From Eledone cirrhosa (taxonomy: Eukaryota), in assembly GCA_964016885.1 (NCBI GenBank), contig OZ024759.1, forward strand, positions 33,914,001 to 33,978,000: a stretch of 64,000 nucleotides of DNA, read 5' to 3'. Both the position numbers and the translations under genes were made by a program. How positions within the stretch are numbered: position 1 is the first letter of the stretch; each line of letters begins with the position of its first letter. The notes under the pieces are model-generated. The model was given only the letters and a program-made list of their open reading frames with translations, had not been told where the DNA came from and did no database searches. Of the stretch, positions 15,690 to 29,308 are shown one piece after another.

Positions 15690-15862
15690 TGTGAACTTTC
15701 TCTCTCTCAACCACATACACACACTCTCTCTCTCTTTCCTGTGCGGAATGTATCTCTCTCTCTCTCACACACACACACAGACACGGTCTCTCTCTCTCTC
15801 TCTCTCCTTCTCTGTCTCTCTCACACACACACACAGACACGGTCTTTCTCTCTCTCTCTCCT

Positions 15863-15893
<31 letters not shown>

Positions 15894-15940
15894 GACACGG
15901 TCTCTCTCTCTCTCTCTCTCTCTCCTTCTCTCTCTCTCTC
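15690..15940. repeat. ~60-bp tandem repeat of (CA)n-gacacgg-(TC)n
   Basis: Three or more units containing acacacagacacggtct. Confidence 0.8.
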
Positions 15941-16164
15941 TTGCGATCTCTCGATCACTCTCTCTGTCTAACAAAGACAAATTTCTATGGCGTAACCTTC
16001 AACATATTCGGAATTTTTAATTTGGTGATGTTTTCATATTGTAATTGAATTCAGCACCAAAGAATAGGATTTCAATTGTTAATGCTAACAGCTTGTTTCT
16101 TTCTTTTTTTGGGAGGGTGGGGGGTAACAATACATAGGGAAAGACAGAGAACCGAACAGTGGAC

Positions 16165-16380
16165 TATGTTTGGAAAACAAAAAGGAAACGGTCAAATAAT
16201 TGGCTACCAAAGACTTCATAGAACGATTGAATGCATCAAACATCTTGGAAAATCACATGGTATCAATACTAAGCCTTTTAATAGAAAATAAGAGGCTACA
16301 TCAAAAATAGTCAAAAAAGAAAAATGGATATGAGAGAAGCGTGGCACAATAATTGGTAGGACAACAACTACGATGTCACG
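16165..16380 (+). pseudogene. Possible Tc1-like transposase N-terminal (HTH) remnant
   Basis: KGNGQIIGYQRLHRTIECIKHLGKSH resembles Tc1 N-termini (KGQIIAY...IAxxLGRS); stop codon follows; no TIRs seen. Confidence 0.3.
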
Positions 16381-16409
16381 AGCAAATATTTGAAATAATA
16401 TTGTCAGGC

Positions 16410-16710
16410 AGAGGTTTATGGGTGGTGGAGAGCGAGGCATGGGTTTATGGTTGGTGGGAGTGAAGCAGGGGTTTGCGTGAGAGGGGATTTGTGCGTGGTG
16501 GAGGGCCAGGTATGGGTTTGTGCGTTGTGGAGGGTGAGGCAGAGGTTTGGGCGTGGTGGAGGGTGAGGCAGGTGTTTGGGCGCGGTGGAGGGTGAGGTAG
16601 GGTGTGGTGGATGGGGAGGTAGGGCGTGGTGGAGGGTGAGGCAGAGCATAGTGGAGGGTGAGGTAGCGCGTGGTAGAGAGCGAGGTAGGGTGTGGTGGAG
16701 GGTGAGGAAA
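16410..16710. repeat. G-rich minisatellite (gtggtggagggtgagg...)
   Basis: About 9 degenerate units of 25-30 bp. Confidence 0.85.
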
Positions 16711-16922
16711 TGAATGAGAATAAAAGGAAGACAACACAGGTGAAAAACATGATGCTAATTATAATGCAATGTTAGTGTGAGGGGGGTAGATGGAGGAAGG
16801 GAGTAGAGGGGGTGTGTTTGAGGACGATGTTGTGAAGGAGATAATGGTAGTTATTATAGTCATCATTGAGATAATGTTGAGCCTCACTTTGGAGCAGACC
16901 ACATCATATTTATATAGACCTG

Positions 16923-16975
<53 letters not shown>

Positions 16976-16978
<3 letters not shown>

Positions 16979-17377
16979 GGAGGTGAGTTTTATTGTAGTA
17001 CAATAAAGCAATGCAGATATCAGATAAGAAGCACTCTACACTCTATATGTTGATTTAAAACTGCACTATTCACAGGTGTATTTTAACCTTCATAAAATCT
17101 ATAATGGTATTAGAATGAAATAGTATGGTAGAATATTAAATGTTAAGTGTTAATTGAACAAGTGCTCTCATGCTTTCGCAATCTTCAGGTTCATAATGTG
17201 TGGTGACAGTCAAGTTTGCAATTTTCAACTTTCACAGTTGAAAATTGCAAACTTGACTCTCACCTCAGAATATGAACCTGAAGATTGTGAAAGCATGAAA
17301 GTACTTGTTCAATTAACACTTAACATTTAATATTCTATCATACTATTTCATTCTAATACCATTATAAATTTTAAAGG
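16976..17377. mobile_element. Family E fold-back HHR element
   Basis: Arms of ~140 bp (17087-17230 and 17236-17377), 5-nt loop ttcac, HHR in each arm, left end at (TA)n. Confidence 0.8.
17274..17310 (+). ncRNA. Minimal type I hammerhead ribozyme
   Basis: GAAC-CUGAAGA-u-UGU-GAAA-GCA-u-GAAA-GUAC-UU-GUUC: 4-bp stem I, GNRA-capped stem II, palindromic AGUACU stem III; the mirror copy at 17156-17192 (-) has GAAA changed to GAGA. Confidence 0.8.
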
Positions 17378-18369
17378 ATTGTAAATAAAACGAGTAAATC
17401 AGACAAAGTTGGAATTCCTCTTATTAATATAATCTTCTATACACAATCATACACACCCGTGTATATTTATCTATCTCTCTCTATATATATATATATACAC
17501 ATATATATTCTCTCTCTCCCTCTCTCTTTCTCCCTCTCTCTATCTCTATCTCTCTCACTCTCTCTCTCTCTCTCAGATACATAATTTGTCCGTTGTTGAA
17601 TCATTTCGTAGCCTCAACATTGAGAAAGATCTTGTTTATAGTGAAGAGATCCTTGAAATTAAGATCTTGTTTTGATGGTTGAAGGGTATTACTGATAGGT
17701 ATCTTTGGGTGTGAGATAGATAGAGATAGGTAGAGGGTAAGAGAAAGAGGGTGTGTAAGCGAGTGGATGAGAGTGTGACAGTTTGAGAGAGAGTGTGAGA
17801 GTGAGAGAGAGAGTGCGTGTGTGGGGGGGAGAGAGTGCGGGTGAGTGTGAGCGTGTGTCATAATGAGTGCCTGATTTAAGGTCTAATTATATCCCATGTC
17901 CATAGGAGAGAAAGGCTGAATGGTATGCGAAAGTATAAAGTAATGTAATACAGTTGTCACTGCGACCGTGTCATGTGGGTGAGGTGGTGGTGAAGGTGGC
18001 GTGGTGGTGAGGGTGGCGTGGTGGTCGGGGTGGCGTGGGGGTTAGGGTGGCGTAGGGGTTAGGGGGTTCGGTGGGGCCCAATTAATGTGAAATATTTAAC
18101 GGGCATTAGTGGTTGCGGCGGGGTGGGTGTTGGTGGTGTTGGTGGTGTTGGTGGTGGGCCTGTTATTGCTGGTATTGATGATGATGGTGTGTTGGTGGTA
18201 GAGGTTTGGTGTTGATGAGGTACATGTTGTCTGCTGTACTAGTTGGTGCGGTAGGTTGTTTCTGTTGGTGATGTTGGTTCCGTTGGCATTGGTGACGCTG
18301 GTGTTGGTAGTTTCAGTAGTTTGGGGTTTAGTGGGGTGGTGAGTCTAGCGGTGTGGCATTGGGGGGGGG

Positions 18370-18785
18370 GTCTAGTGGTGGTGTTGCTGGCGTTAGTGGA
18401 GGGTTTAGTGGTGGGTCTAGTGGTGGTGTTGGGTCTAGTGGTGGTGTTGGGTTTAGTGGTGGTGTTGGGTCTAGTGGTGTGGCGTTCTAGTGGTGGTGTT
18501 GCTGGCGTTAGTGGAGCGTTTAGTGGTGGGTTTAGTGGTGGTGTTGGGTCTAGTGGTGGTGTTGGGTCTAGTGGTGGTGTTGGGTCTAGTGGTGGTGTTG
18601 CTGGCGTTAGTGGAGGGTTTAGTGGTGGGTTTAGTGGTGGTGTTGGGTCTAGTGGTGGTGTTGTTGGCGTTAGTGTAGGGTTTAGTGGTGGGTTTAGTGG
18701 TGGTGTTGGGTCTAGTGGTAGTGTTGGGTCTAGTGGTAGTGTTGTTGGCGTTAGTGGTGGGCTTAGTGGCGGGTTTAGTGGTAGA
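18370..18785. repeat. G/T-rich minisatellite (ggtggtgttgggtctagt 18-mer and gggtttagt variants)
   Basis: Direct tandem units with higher-order repetition. Confidence 0.9.
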
Positions 18786-19194
18786 GCTGGTGACCACCTG
18801 TTGGTGGTGTTGTTCTTCGTGGTGTTTGTGGAGGGGGGGGGGGCTCTGGCGTTGTGTCACTAGTGTTAGTGGTGATGGCGCCGTCGCTGTTGTTGGTATT
18901 GTGATGATGTTAATGGTGTTAGTGGTGTTGATGCTATTGGTGTTGGTGACAGGTTTCTTCGTGGGTTTAGTGGTATAGGTGGAGATCTATTGGTGGTGTT
19001 TGTGGTGGGCCTGGTGCTGCTAATGTTTCTGTGGCGGTCGCTGGCATGTAAGGTGTTGTTAGTATTAAGCCGTTAGTATCACGTGATACTTGATTAACGG
19101 TGACAAGGTGTTATGTAAAAACTCTATTAGCAATATTGTGTAATGAAGTAAAGGTGTGTAATGATGGGAGGTGATGAGGTGTAAGTGGTTTCTC

Positions 19195-19762
19195 ATGTGG
19201 CGTCGATGTTGGTGGGGAAGGTGTCGCTGTTGGCGGGGACGGCCAGGATGTTGGCGGGGGTGGCGTGGATGTTGGTGGTGGTGGTGTGGATGTTGGCGGG
19301 GTGGTGTGGATGTTGGCGGGATGGCGTGGATGTTGGCGGGATGGCGTGGATGTTGGCGGGGGTGGTGTGGATGCTGTTGGGGCTGGTGTGGATGTTGGCG
19401 GGGGTGGTGTGGATGCTGTTGGGGCTGGTGTGGATGTTGGCGGGGGTGGTGTGGATGCTGTTGGGGCTGGTGTGGATGTTGGCGGGGGTGGTGTGGATGC
19501 TGTTGGGGCTGTGTGGATGTTGGCGGGGGGGGTGTGGATGTTGGCGGGGGCGGTGTGGATGTTGTTGGGGCGGTGTGGATGTCGGTGGGGGTGGCGTCGA
19601 TGTTGGTGGGGGCGGCGTGGATGTGGGTGGGGGCGGTGTGGATGTTTGGCGGGGATGGTGTGGATGTTGTTGGGGCGGTGTGGATGTTGGCGGGGGTGGT
19701 GTGGATGTTGTTGGGGCGGTGTGGATGTAGGCGTCGATGGTGTGGATGTTGGCGGGGGTGGT
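19195..19762. repeat. G-rich 18-bp minisatellite (ggtgtggatgttggcggg)
   Basis: About 30 tandem units, with a 36-bp dimer in the centre. Confidence 0.9.
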
Positions 19763-19800
19763 ACCTTTTGTGAGGATCTTGTTGAGTGTAGCGCTGAAAA

Positions 19801-19987
19801 TAATTGTTTCTACTTTAGGCACAAGGCCAGTAATTACCCAGTGCATTACTGGTACTTTATTTTATCGACCCCGTAAGGATGAAAGGCAAAGTCAACCTCG
19901 GCGGGATTTGAGCTCAGATCGTAAAGGGACGTAACTATGCTGGAAAGCATGGCGTCCGACCCTCTACCGATACTGCCAATCCACCGC
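19801..19987 (-). mobile_element. tRNA-derived SINE, Meta-type domain, near full length
   Basis: Reverse complement has A-box (ttggcagtatcggtag), B-box-like gagctcaaatcc, and the gccgaggttgactttgcctttcatccttacggggtcgataaaataaagtacc core. Confidence 0.9.
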
Positions 19988-20840
19988 TGAAAATAATGGC
20001 CGTGATTGGAGGAGTTCTGACGTTTGGAGTGGCTGTGGTGTTGGTACTGGTTGCACTGGTATTGGGGGTGGGCTCCATGTTCGTACTTGTAGTGTCTGTG
20101 GTTGTCGTGGGATTGCTACCGGTGGTGGCGGTGGTGGTGGTGGTGGTGGTGGTAATGCCACTAGTTGTTGTAGAGATGGTAGTGCCAGTGGTGTTGATGG
20201 TGTTGGTGGTGGTGGTGGTATTGGGAGCGATTGTGCTGTCGGTACTAGTGATGGGGGTGTTGGTATAGGAAGTGTCGGTGATGCTGGTACTGGTGGTATT
20301 GGTAGTGGTGGGGGAGGGATGGTGGGGCTGGTAGTGGTGTGGGAGCGATAGCGGTGCTGGTAGTGGTGTGGAGGTATGGTGGGGCTGTTAGTGGTGTGGG
20401 AGGGATGGTGGGGCTGGTAGTGGTGGGGGAGGGATGGTGGTGCTGGTAGTGGTGTGGGAGCGATGGTGGTGCTGGTAGTGGTGTGGGGGTATGGTGGAGC
20501 TGGTAGTGGTGTGGGGGCGATGGTGGCGTTGGCACTGGTGGTGATGGTACTGGTGGTGGTTTCCGTGGCGGTATTGGCTGTAGTTGTCGTGGTATTGCTA
20601 ATGGTGGTGGTAATGATAGTTGTTGTGGTATAGGTAGTAGTGTCACTGGTATTGACGACAGAAGTAGTAGTAGTGGAGGTAGATTGTGAGAGGCGCTACT
20701 CTTCCTAATTAAGATGATACTGAGATGGTGCTGTTGTTAGTAAGAGTGTAGTTATTGTTGCTGCTGGTGTTGTTGCTGCTGTTCTAGTTACTGCTGTTGT
20801 TGTTAATAGTGTTGTTATTATTGTTGTTATTGTTGTTATT

Positions 20841-21062
20841 AGGGCGGTGGATTGGCAGTATCGGTAGAGGGTCGGACGCCATGCTTTGACGTATAGAGTT
20901 ACGCCCCTTTATAATCTGAGTTCAAATCCCGCCGAGGTTAACTTTGCCTTTCATCCTTACGGGGTCGATAGATAAAGTACCAGTCATGCACTGGGGTCGA
21001 TTTAATCGACTTTTCCCTCCCCTAAAATTGCTGGCCTTGTGCCTATATAAGAAATAATTATT
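20841..21062 (+). mobile_element. tRNA-derived SINE, Meta-type domain, full length
   Basis: A-box tggcagtatcggtag, B-box gagttcaaatcc, Meta-like core, 3' gctggccttgtgcc...gaaataattatt tail. Confidence 0.9.
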
Positions 21063-21796
21063 ACTTTTATTGTTGTTCGTTTAGGGTTGTATTAGTAATA
21101 ATACTAGCACACATACTTGGTGGTAGTGTTGGTGGTAGTGTTGGTGGTAGTGTTGGTGGTGTTGTTGGTGGTGTTGTTGGTGTTGATGGCGGTCGTAGTG
21201 TTGTTTTTGTTGGATGTAGTGATGACGGCTATGTTGGTGGGAGTGTTGTTAGTGTTGGTGGTATTGTTGGTATTGTTTGTTGTATTGTTGGTTGTATTGT
21301 TGGTAGAGGTGTTGGTATTAGTGTTGGTGTTGGTAGTATTGTTGGTAGGGCTGGTGGTAGTGTTGGTAGGGCTGGTGGTAGTGTTGGTAGGGCTGGTGGT
21401 AGTGTTGGTAGGGCGGGTGGTAGTGTTGGTAGGGCTGGTGGTAGTGTTGTTAGTGGTGGTGGTAGTGTTGAGTTTATCGAATTATCAAATAGTCTTGTGC
21501 GAGATTAGGGTCATATGAAGGTGGCGAAGTGTGAAATTTAATTAAGAATTTTGAAATGTAAAAAAAAAAACACAATAAACCAACGATAACTTTATTCGAG
21601 GAATTCATCTTCAATGGAACTTTAGAAATAACCAGAAAATATCACGCTTCCTCATAATGGCACGATACCAGAGAATTATAATGCCAGAAGAATTTTGAGA
21701 AGAATCAGTCAACCCTAGTACAGCACTGGTACCAAATCCGCATGGATGAATGGTTAAAAAGTTATTTTGAATAATATATCCTCAACGGTTCTAAGG

Positions 21797-22205
21797 TGAA
21801 GGCACATGGCTTAGTGGTTAGAGCATTGGGCTTGCAATCGAAAGGTTGTGAGTTCAATTCTCGGACCGGGTGATGTGTTGTTTCCTTCAGCAAGACACTT
21901 TATTTCACGTTGCTCCAGTTTACGTAGCTGTAGAAATGATATGAGTTACCCAAGACACCTCCAACGAGATATACCTTGGAGGAGGCCAGCTAAACCTACG
22001 GTTCTATACCACGATATCTAATGTGGTGCCGTTGATCATAGTATCCCTGTGTCCTAAATATTTTGGATTAAATTTGAATAATGGGGCTCAGCTTGTAAGA
22101 CGCCTCGGGTGGACCCTACCAGATAATTTAAACGGATATCATTGTCATAGAAAATGTATCATGGCGGATCCATCCCAGATTTAGAATAAGGGTACAGTGG
22201 TTATT
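21797..22205 (+). mobile_element. tRNA-derived CORE-type SINE
   Basis: A-box tggcttagtggttagagc, B-box gagttcaattc, CORE-like tccttcagcaagacactttatttcac; the 3' limit is approximate. Confidence 0.7.
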
Positions 22206-22287
22206 TTTTTTTTTTTTGTGGAATTCTCAGCCCATTAGCTGGTAATTTAGTATTGAATTACACTGGGCGTGTAATTCAAAGTGTGTG

Positions 22288-22326
<39 letters not shown>

Positions 22327-22332
<6 letters not shown>

Positions 22333-22510
22333 TAAAACAACGAAAAATCAGTAATGCATCTGGACTCAGTTTATTCCGCAATAAACTGAGTCCAGATGCA
22401 TCACTGATTTTTCGTTTTTTATACTATCCACACCCTACTCTGTATGAATATTGAGTGTTAATTTTGGCATACCGCCTATGGAAGCACCCTAGCTACCATT
22501 ATACACAAGT
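22327..22510. mobile_element. Family F fold-back element in (TA)n
   Basis: Arms 22327-22375 and 22380-22427, loop ccgc, unique tail to 22510, (TA)n both sides; a short copy aaaacgaaaaatcagtgatgca lies at 61091. Confidence 0.7.
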
Positions 22511-22687
22511 ATATATATATATATATATATGGAAAGAGAGAGAACTAGAGAGGGAGAGGATTTATACATACTCATGTGTACATATATTTATATATATCCG
22601 CAAAATCTATGTATGTATTTTATAATCAATAAAATACATACATAGATTGCATATAAGACATATATATATATATATAGATATATATAC

Positions 22688-22769
<82 letters not shown>

Positions 22770-22867
22770 TTCTTTATTAGCCACAAGGGCACACAAGAAA
22801 AGAGGACAATACAAAACGTGCCGGGGATTTTACATACAGTCGTTTAAAAAATATAAAAAGAAATAAT

Positions 22868-22955
<88 letters not shown>
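22688..22955. repeat. Two (GATA)n microsatellites
   Basis: 22688-22768 and 22868-22955. Confidence 0.95.
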
Positions 22956-23258
22956 CAAACAGAGAAACAGATGATTAGATAGCTAAGAAGATAGATAGAA
23001 AGTAAGATGATTGCGTGTATGTGTGTGTATGTCTCTCAGTCAGTATGAGAGTATGTACTTGGTTATATATGCTAGAAGACATGCAACACACAGATACACA
23101 TCAATTAGGCGTGTTTCTATGCACACATCATAAATGAATGCCATCATAAGAGAACATTGAACGCTGAATGAGGCTTGTACACTAGGTTATTTAACAGAAA
23201 CTAATGACTTTAGTTCACCTTTTCTGCAAGGGGGAACAACAATGTTAGATATCTACAG

Positions 23259-23374
<116 letters not shown>

Positions 23375-23717
23375 TAAACCTCTCTCTATATATATATATA
23401 TATTTACACACATATAACAATATAAATATATATATATATACATATATGCATACATATATGTATACATATACGTATATACATATATGTATACATATAGGTA
23501 TATACATATAACTATATATAACTTGTATATACATATAACTATATATACACACATATAACTATATAAATACATATATACACATATATGCATACATATACGT
23601 ATATACATATATGTATACATATACGTATGTACATATAACTATATATACATATAACTATATATAACTATATATAACTATATATAACTATATATATATATAA
23701 CTATATATATATATATA

Positions 23718-23760
<43 letters not shown>

Positions 23761-24099
23761 ATTGTACGTATCATCAGCACACAGCCCTTTTCTAATTATA
23801 CATACCTAATATGTTTCTAACTGCTTTACATTTTATTTTTTTATTTTTACCTTTTTACAATCTACATAACGTAGCTGTGTTACTGAGTTTTACAAAAGCC
23901 CTGTAATGATTTAATTAAGGTGGTCAATGTGACCTCGTCTTATCTGTTTAACTACACAACACAGTATCAATAGAAACACCAGGTTCAAAGTTGACTAGAG
24001 AGGGAAATCACAAGACGCATTTAGCGTCTACCGCGTAAGGAGCTATAATTAGATGTATTGTGCGGGCTTTCTTCGTTATTCTTCTCGTTGCTGATAAGG

Positions 24100-24492
24100 A
24101 GAGTGAAGATAATGATGTTGATCATACTGATGATGATGATGGTGACGGTGATAATGATGGTGATGGTGATGGTGGTGGGGATGGTGGTGTTGATAATGAT
24201 GGTGATGGTGATGGTGGTGGTGATGGTGATGGTGGTGATGACGGTGATGGTGATGATGGTGATGGTGATAATGGTGGTGATGGTGATTGTGGTGGCGGTG
24301 GTGACGATGGTGATAATGATGGTGATGATGATGATGGTGATGATGGTGATGGTGATGATGATGGTGATGGTGATAATGATGGTGATGATGGTGATGATGA
24401 TGATGGCGATGATGGTGATGGTGATGATGATGGTGATGAGGTTGATGATGGTGATCGTGGTGATGGTGATGATGATGATGATGATGGTGATT
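24100..24492. repeat. (GAT/GGT)n compound trinucleotide repeat
   Basis: Direct inspection; explains the poly-His, poly-Met and Asp-Gly ORFs. Confidence 0.95.
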
Positions 24493-24669
24493 AATAATTC
24501 TGAAACCAGTCCCTGATCTGACAGGCTCTACATAGAGTTCTGGCAATGTTAATGATGGTAGACATTGGGGCAATGCATATGAAGTTAGAGATCCCAAGGA
24601 TTGTAAAGGCGTAAGGCGTTTAGGGACCATGCCTAGTGCCTCAAGAATTATAATAAAATTATCTCTATT

Positions 24670-24860
24670 ATAGGTACAAGGCCAGCAAGTTGGGGAGAGA
24701 AGAAAGGCGATTGAATCAACCACATTACATTACTGGTCTTCTAGGTTATCGACCCCAAAACGATGAAAGGCAAAGTGAAGCATGGTGAGATTTGAACTCA
24801 GAACATAAAAGGTCCATAGATATATGCCACAAAGCATGTTGCCTGATACGACCAATCCAT
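24670..24860 (-). mobile_element. Diverged Meta-type SINE
   Basis: acaaggccagcaa...tatcgacccc...gatgaaaggcaaagt...gatttgaactcagaac. Confidence 0.75.
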
Positions 24861-25067
24861 CACTCTAAAGTAAATAATCATTTCACGTTAATTTCATGAG
24901 CAAGATGTTTCATTGTTCGAAAAAAATGGAATGCTCGTCGTCGAAAAAGAAGGAGGTCCAACATAAGAGCACGTAATATATTGTAGGTTAGTATAATGTA
25001 GTGTGTATAATGTAGTGCGTATATCATAATATATGTCTAGTGTGTGTTTAGGTGGTGTAATGTAGAA

Positions 25068-25195
25068 GCAGCGAATTGCCAGAGTCGTTAGAAGGTCGTA
25101 TACAATTCTTTCGTCAAATCATGTCGAGTTCATATTTGCGTTTCATACTTTCAAGGTCGATAGAAAAAGTACCAGTCTACTACTGGAGTTGACTC
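25068..25195 (+). mobile_element. Diverged, internally deleted Meta-type SINE
   Basis: tttcatactttcaaggtcgatagaaaaagtaccagt core remnant preceded by an A-box-like head. Confidence 0.55.
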
Positions 25196-26264
25196 TTCCT
25201 TTATATGTCTGACTATACTTCTTTCCCCTTCTGTCTTTCTCTTACTATCTTTCTGTTGTTTTTTTTGTTTCCTTTCTTACTTCCCTTTCTCTCTTCTTTC
25301 TCCCCCCTCTCTCTATCTTACTCTCTTCTTTCACCACCCTCTCTTTATCTTACTCTCTTCCGTCTCCACCCTCTCTCTTTCAGTCCATCAGCTTCTTCGA
25401 TATATATTTCTATCCATCTTGTATTTCTCTAAAACGATATGATATCCAATGGTTTGAACATAGATACATCCACACATACACCCATTCAGACACTTTCATT
25501 TCCCTACATATCACTTGTAATATATAATATATATGTATATACACACAAAACATATATATATATAATAAATATATATATATATATATATAATAATAAATAT
25601 ATATATGAATGAAACTCCCATTCGCACCACCGCCTTCTCTCTCTCTCTCTCCTACCCCCTCTCCATTCAACTCTACCCCCACACTATACCGCTATCCCCC
25701 CACCGTCTCTCAACCCTTCCAATCTCCCCACCACCCACACGATCCCGATCTATTGTTACATCCAGCGTCCACTATTGATTAATAATCGCATCGTATAAAC
25801 TGTTTTGTGTGTGTGACCGTGTTGTGTGTATGTGTGTATAAGAGTGTGTGTGTGTCTGTGTGTGTTTACGTGTGTGTATGTTTGTTTGTGTTTGTGAAAA
25901 TGTGTGTTTGTGACTGTGTGTGAGAGTGTGCATTTATGAGCGTGTATGTTTCTGTTTGTGATTGTGTATATTTCTATGTTTATAATTGTGTGTGTATGTG
26001 TGTATGTGCGTGAGGGTGTGTGAGTATGTGTATGTGTATGGGTGGGTATGTGTGTGTGTATGTGGGTGTGGGTGGGTATATGTGTGTGTACGTGTGTGTG
26101 TGTATCTGGCGTTTATTTTGTGGCACAATCAAAATTTTGCCTTATTAAGACAAGGCTATAATTAATAATCACTCAGTAAAAACGGTTGTCTTTGATTTCC
26201 AGATAAGTGATAGATTTCAAACTGAGAGAATTCCTAGTGGTGGTAGCTGTGAAAAACTAATAAT

Positions 26265-27700
26265 TACTGCCACAACAACCACAACAACATCACAACTAAC
26301 AACAACAACAACAACAGCAACCACAACAACATCTACAACAACAATGGTAACGTGACCTAACACAGCTACAGTATGAGAATTACAACCACAACATCAGAAA
26401 CAACAAGCGCAACAACAACAACAACAACAACAACAACAGCAGCAACAGCAATGATAACGTCAGCTAACAACTATAGTAAGAGAAACGTCATCACTATCTA
26501 CACCACAACATCACAAGCAACAAGCATAGCAACAACAACAAATATATCATTATCAACCACCACAGTAACAAGGAAATTATTACCACCACCAACACCAGTA
26601 GCAACAACAAGGACGCCATCACCTCACCTACAACAGCATCAGTAAGGAAACCATTATCACTACTAAAGCCACGGCCAACCAACACTACTATCTCCACCAC
26701 AACTAGCAACAACCACACCGACAGCAATACTAACAACAACACCAACAACAACGACTAAAACCATGACAAACTAGAACCACTTCCACCACTACCATCAACC
26801 ACAAGCCACCACCACTAGCAACAACAACACCGACAACAATACTAACAACAAGGCCGACAACAACAACACCGACAACAATATTACACAGCAAAGATAACAA
26901 CAACTGGAGACATAACAACAAAACCGACAATACCATAAACTAGCAGAAACAATATCAACCCTCATTCCACACCACTGTAACAACAACAACAACAACAACA
27001 ACAACGAGGACAACAACAACAACAACAACAACAACAGCAAAACCAACAGCAATAACAACATCCCTCCCCCGTTCTCTTCCCCCGAAAAAATAGTATAAAC
27101 AGCAACAATAAAAGCAACACTGAGAGCAACAAAGGGCTCAGCTCTCAACGTTAAACAAGAGCATTCGTAATATAAATTAGCACAATTTTTTTTACTGGCT
27201 CAAATCATTCCTACACTGTAATATCCACGACATTCACTACCAACGCCACCTACAACAACAGGAAAAACCACAACAACCCGCAACAACAACAACAGCACTA
27301 CCAACAATAACAACAGCAACAACAGCAACAACAACAACATCACTACCAACAATAACAACAGCAACAACAGCAACAACACTGCCACCAACAGCAACAGCAC
27401 TACCAACAATAACAACAGCAACAACAACAACACTACCAACAATAACAGCAACAACAGCACAACAACAACAGCACTACCAACAATAACAACAACAGCAACA
27501 ACATCACAACCAACAATAACAACAACAACAGCAGCACTAACAACAATAACAACAACAACACCAGCAACAGTAACAAAAACAACGTTACCAACAACACCAA
27601 TACCAAACAACCACCACCACAACAAACTATCACCAACAGCAACAACATTACCAACAACAACATCAATAACATCATCATCATCATCATAATCATTATCATC
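26265..27700. repeat. (CAA)n-rich low-complexity region
   Basis: Direct inspection. Confidence 0.9.
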
Positions 27701-28474
27701 AAGACGAAATCATAATTAGAACATATTTTTATTGGGTTCACACATGTATACACACATATGTATACACACATCACAATATACAGATCACTATACACGCCAC
27801 TCTATACACAAAACCCCACATACTCCTATATATATACACACTTTGTTATACACATCCCCACATACAGCTTCCCATACACACTTCGTTATACACCCTTACA
27901 CCCATACACATACATATATATTTATACATCACTCTTACCATACAATTATAACATACATCTGTCTATCCACACATCTTTATATACACATTCCCACATACAC
28001 ATCTATATACACAACTCTCTATATACATATATACACAACACTCTATATACATCACCACATACACCTCTCTATACACATCACTATACATATCGCGATATAC
28101 ACATCACTCTATATACATCACCATATACGCCTCACTATACACCTCACTATACGCATAATGACATGCACATCACTCCATACACATCACTATATACAGCTCT
28201 CCACACACATCTATATATATACATCTATATATACACCTCTCTCTATACACATTCCCACATACACACCTATATATATACACTCTCCGTATACACAACTCTA
28301 TATATACGCACATATCTCTAAATACACTCACTACAAAATGGTGTCATTCGCTGTGCCTTCCTTAATTATTTCAGAAAAAATATTACCTCATCTGTTTTAT
28401 TAGCATATTTCCTAGTGTATATATTGTTTCTTTGTTAATATTTGGGTATAAAATTACACACACACACATACACA

Positions 28475-28533
<59 letters not shown>

Positions 28534-28889
28534 GAAAGTAGAGAAATTATTGTGAGCGTGAAGCCAACAGTATTTCATAATATATATATATACACACACA
28601 TGCACGTAAACATATATGTATACATATATGTTTAAATATTTATATATATAAATATATATATATATATATGTATACACATACGCGCACGCACACGCACATA
28701 CACAAATACACACACACACACGCGCACGCACACACACACATTTGCATATATGTTCACAATGTAATTGGTGTAGTTTTGTTATGTATTATAATATATTTAG
28801 TTGTTTTTATGTGTTCTTAAAAGTAAAGTAGCTAACATCGGTTTCCCTTTGAAATCAAGAACAATGTTAACTGCCTGAAAGTGGAGCTT

Positions 28890-28903
28890 GTGGTAGTAGT
28901 GGC

Positions 28904-28978
<75 letters not shown>
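28890..28978. repeat. (TAG)n microsatellite
   Basis: Direct inspection. Confidence 0.95.
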
Positions 28979-29254
28979 TTGTAGTAAGAGGATTTGCCCC
29001 GTTCAGTGGTTTTATATGCCATTATATTGAACACATTGTAAAAATACATGTCGAAATAGCATCTGATGCAATTTTGAAAATTTAATCCTGCTCTTCTAAA
29101 CACGTGCAAGGATATATATATATATATATATATATATACTCAACGCCTGGTTGAAATGCTCATAGGCTGATCAATATACACTCACGGAAAGAAAAACTGA
29201 AATTAATACAGGCCAGCTTTCACAACTCTGGCATCATTCCTTCATAGTCAACCG

Positions 29255-29301
<47 letters not shown>

Positions 29302-29308
<7 letters not shown>

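Noticed and set aside
18035-18066. Interstitial telomere (TTAGGG)
   Set aside because: Only two isolated hexamers within a G-rich minisatellite
18321-18978. Mucin-like PNTTTR or Gly-rich ORFs
   Set aside because: An 18-bp minisatellite open in several frames; no splice or homology support
21797-21870. tRNA gene
   Set aside because: A and B boxes are present but the acceptor stem does not close and it runs into a CORE-SINE body
24058-24723. Poly-His, poly-Met and Asp-Gly proteins (also at 50106-50826)
   Set aside because: Compound trinucleotide repeat
29140-29256. Possible Mariner-type end fragment between (TA)n tracts
   Set aside because: No partner TIR found and the similarity is too weak
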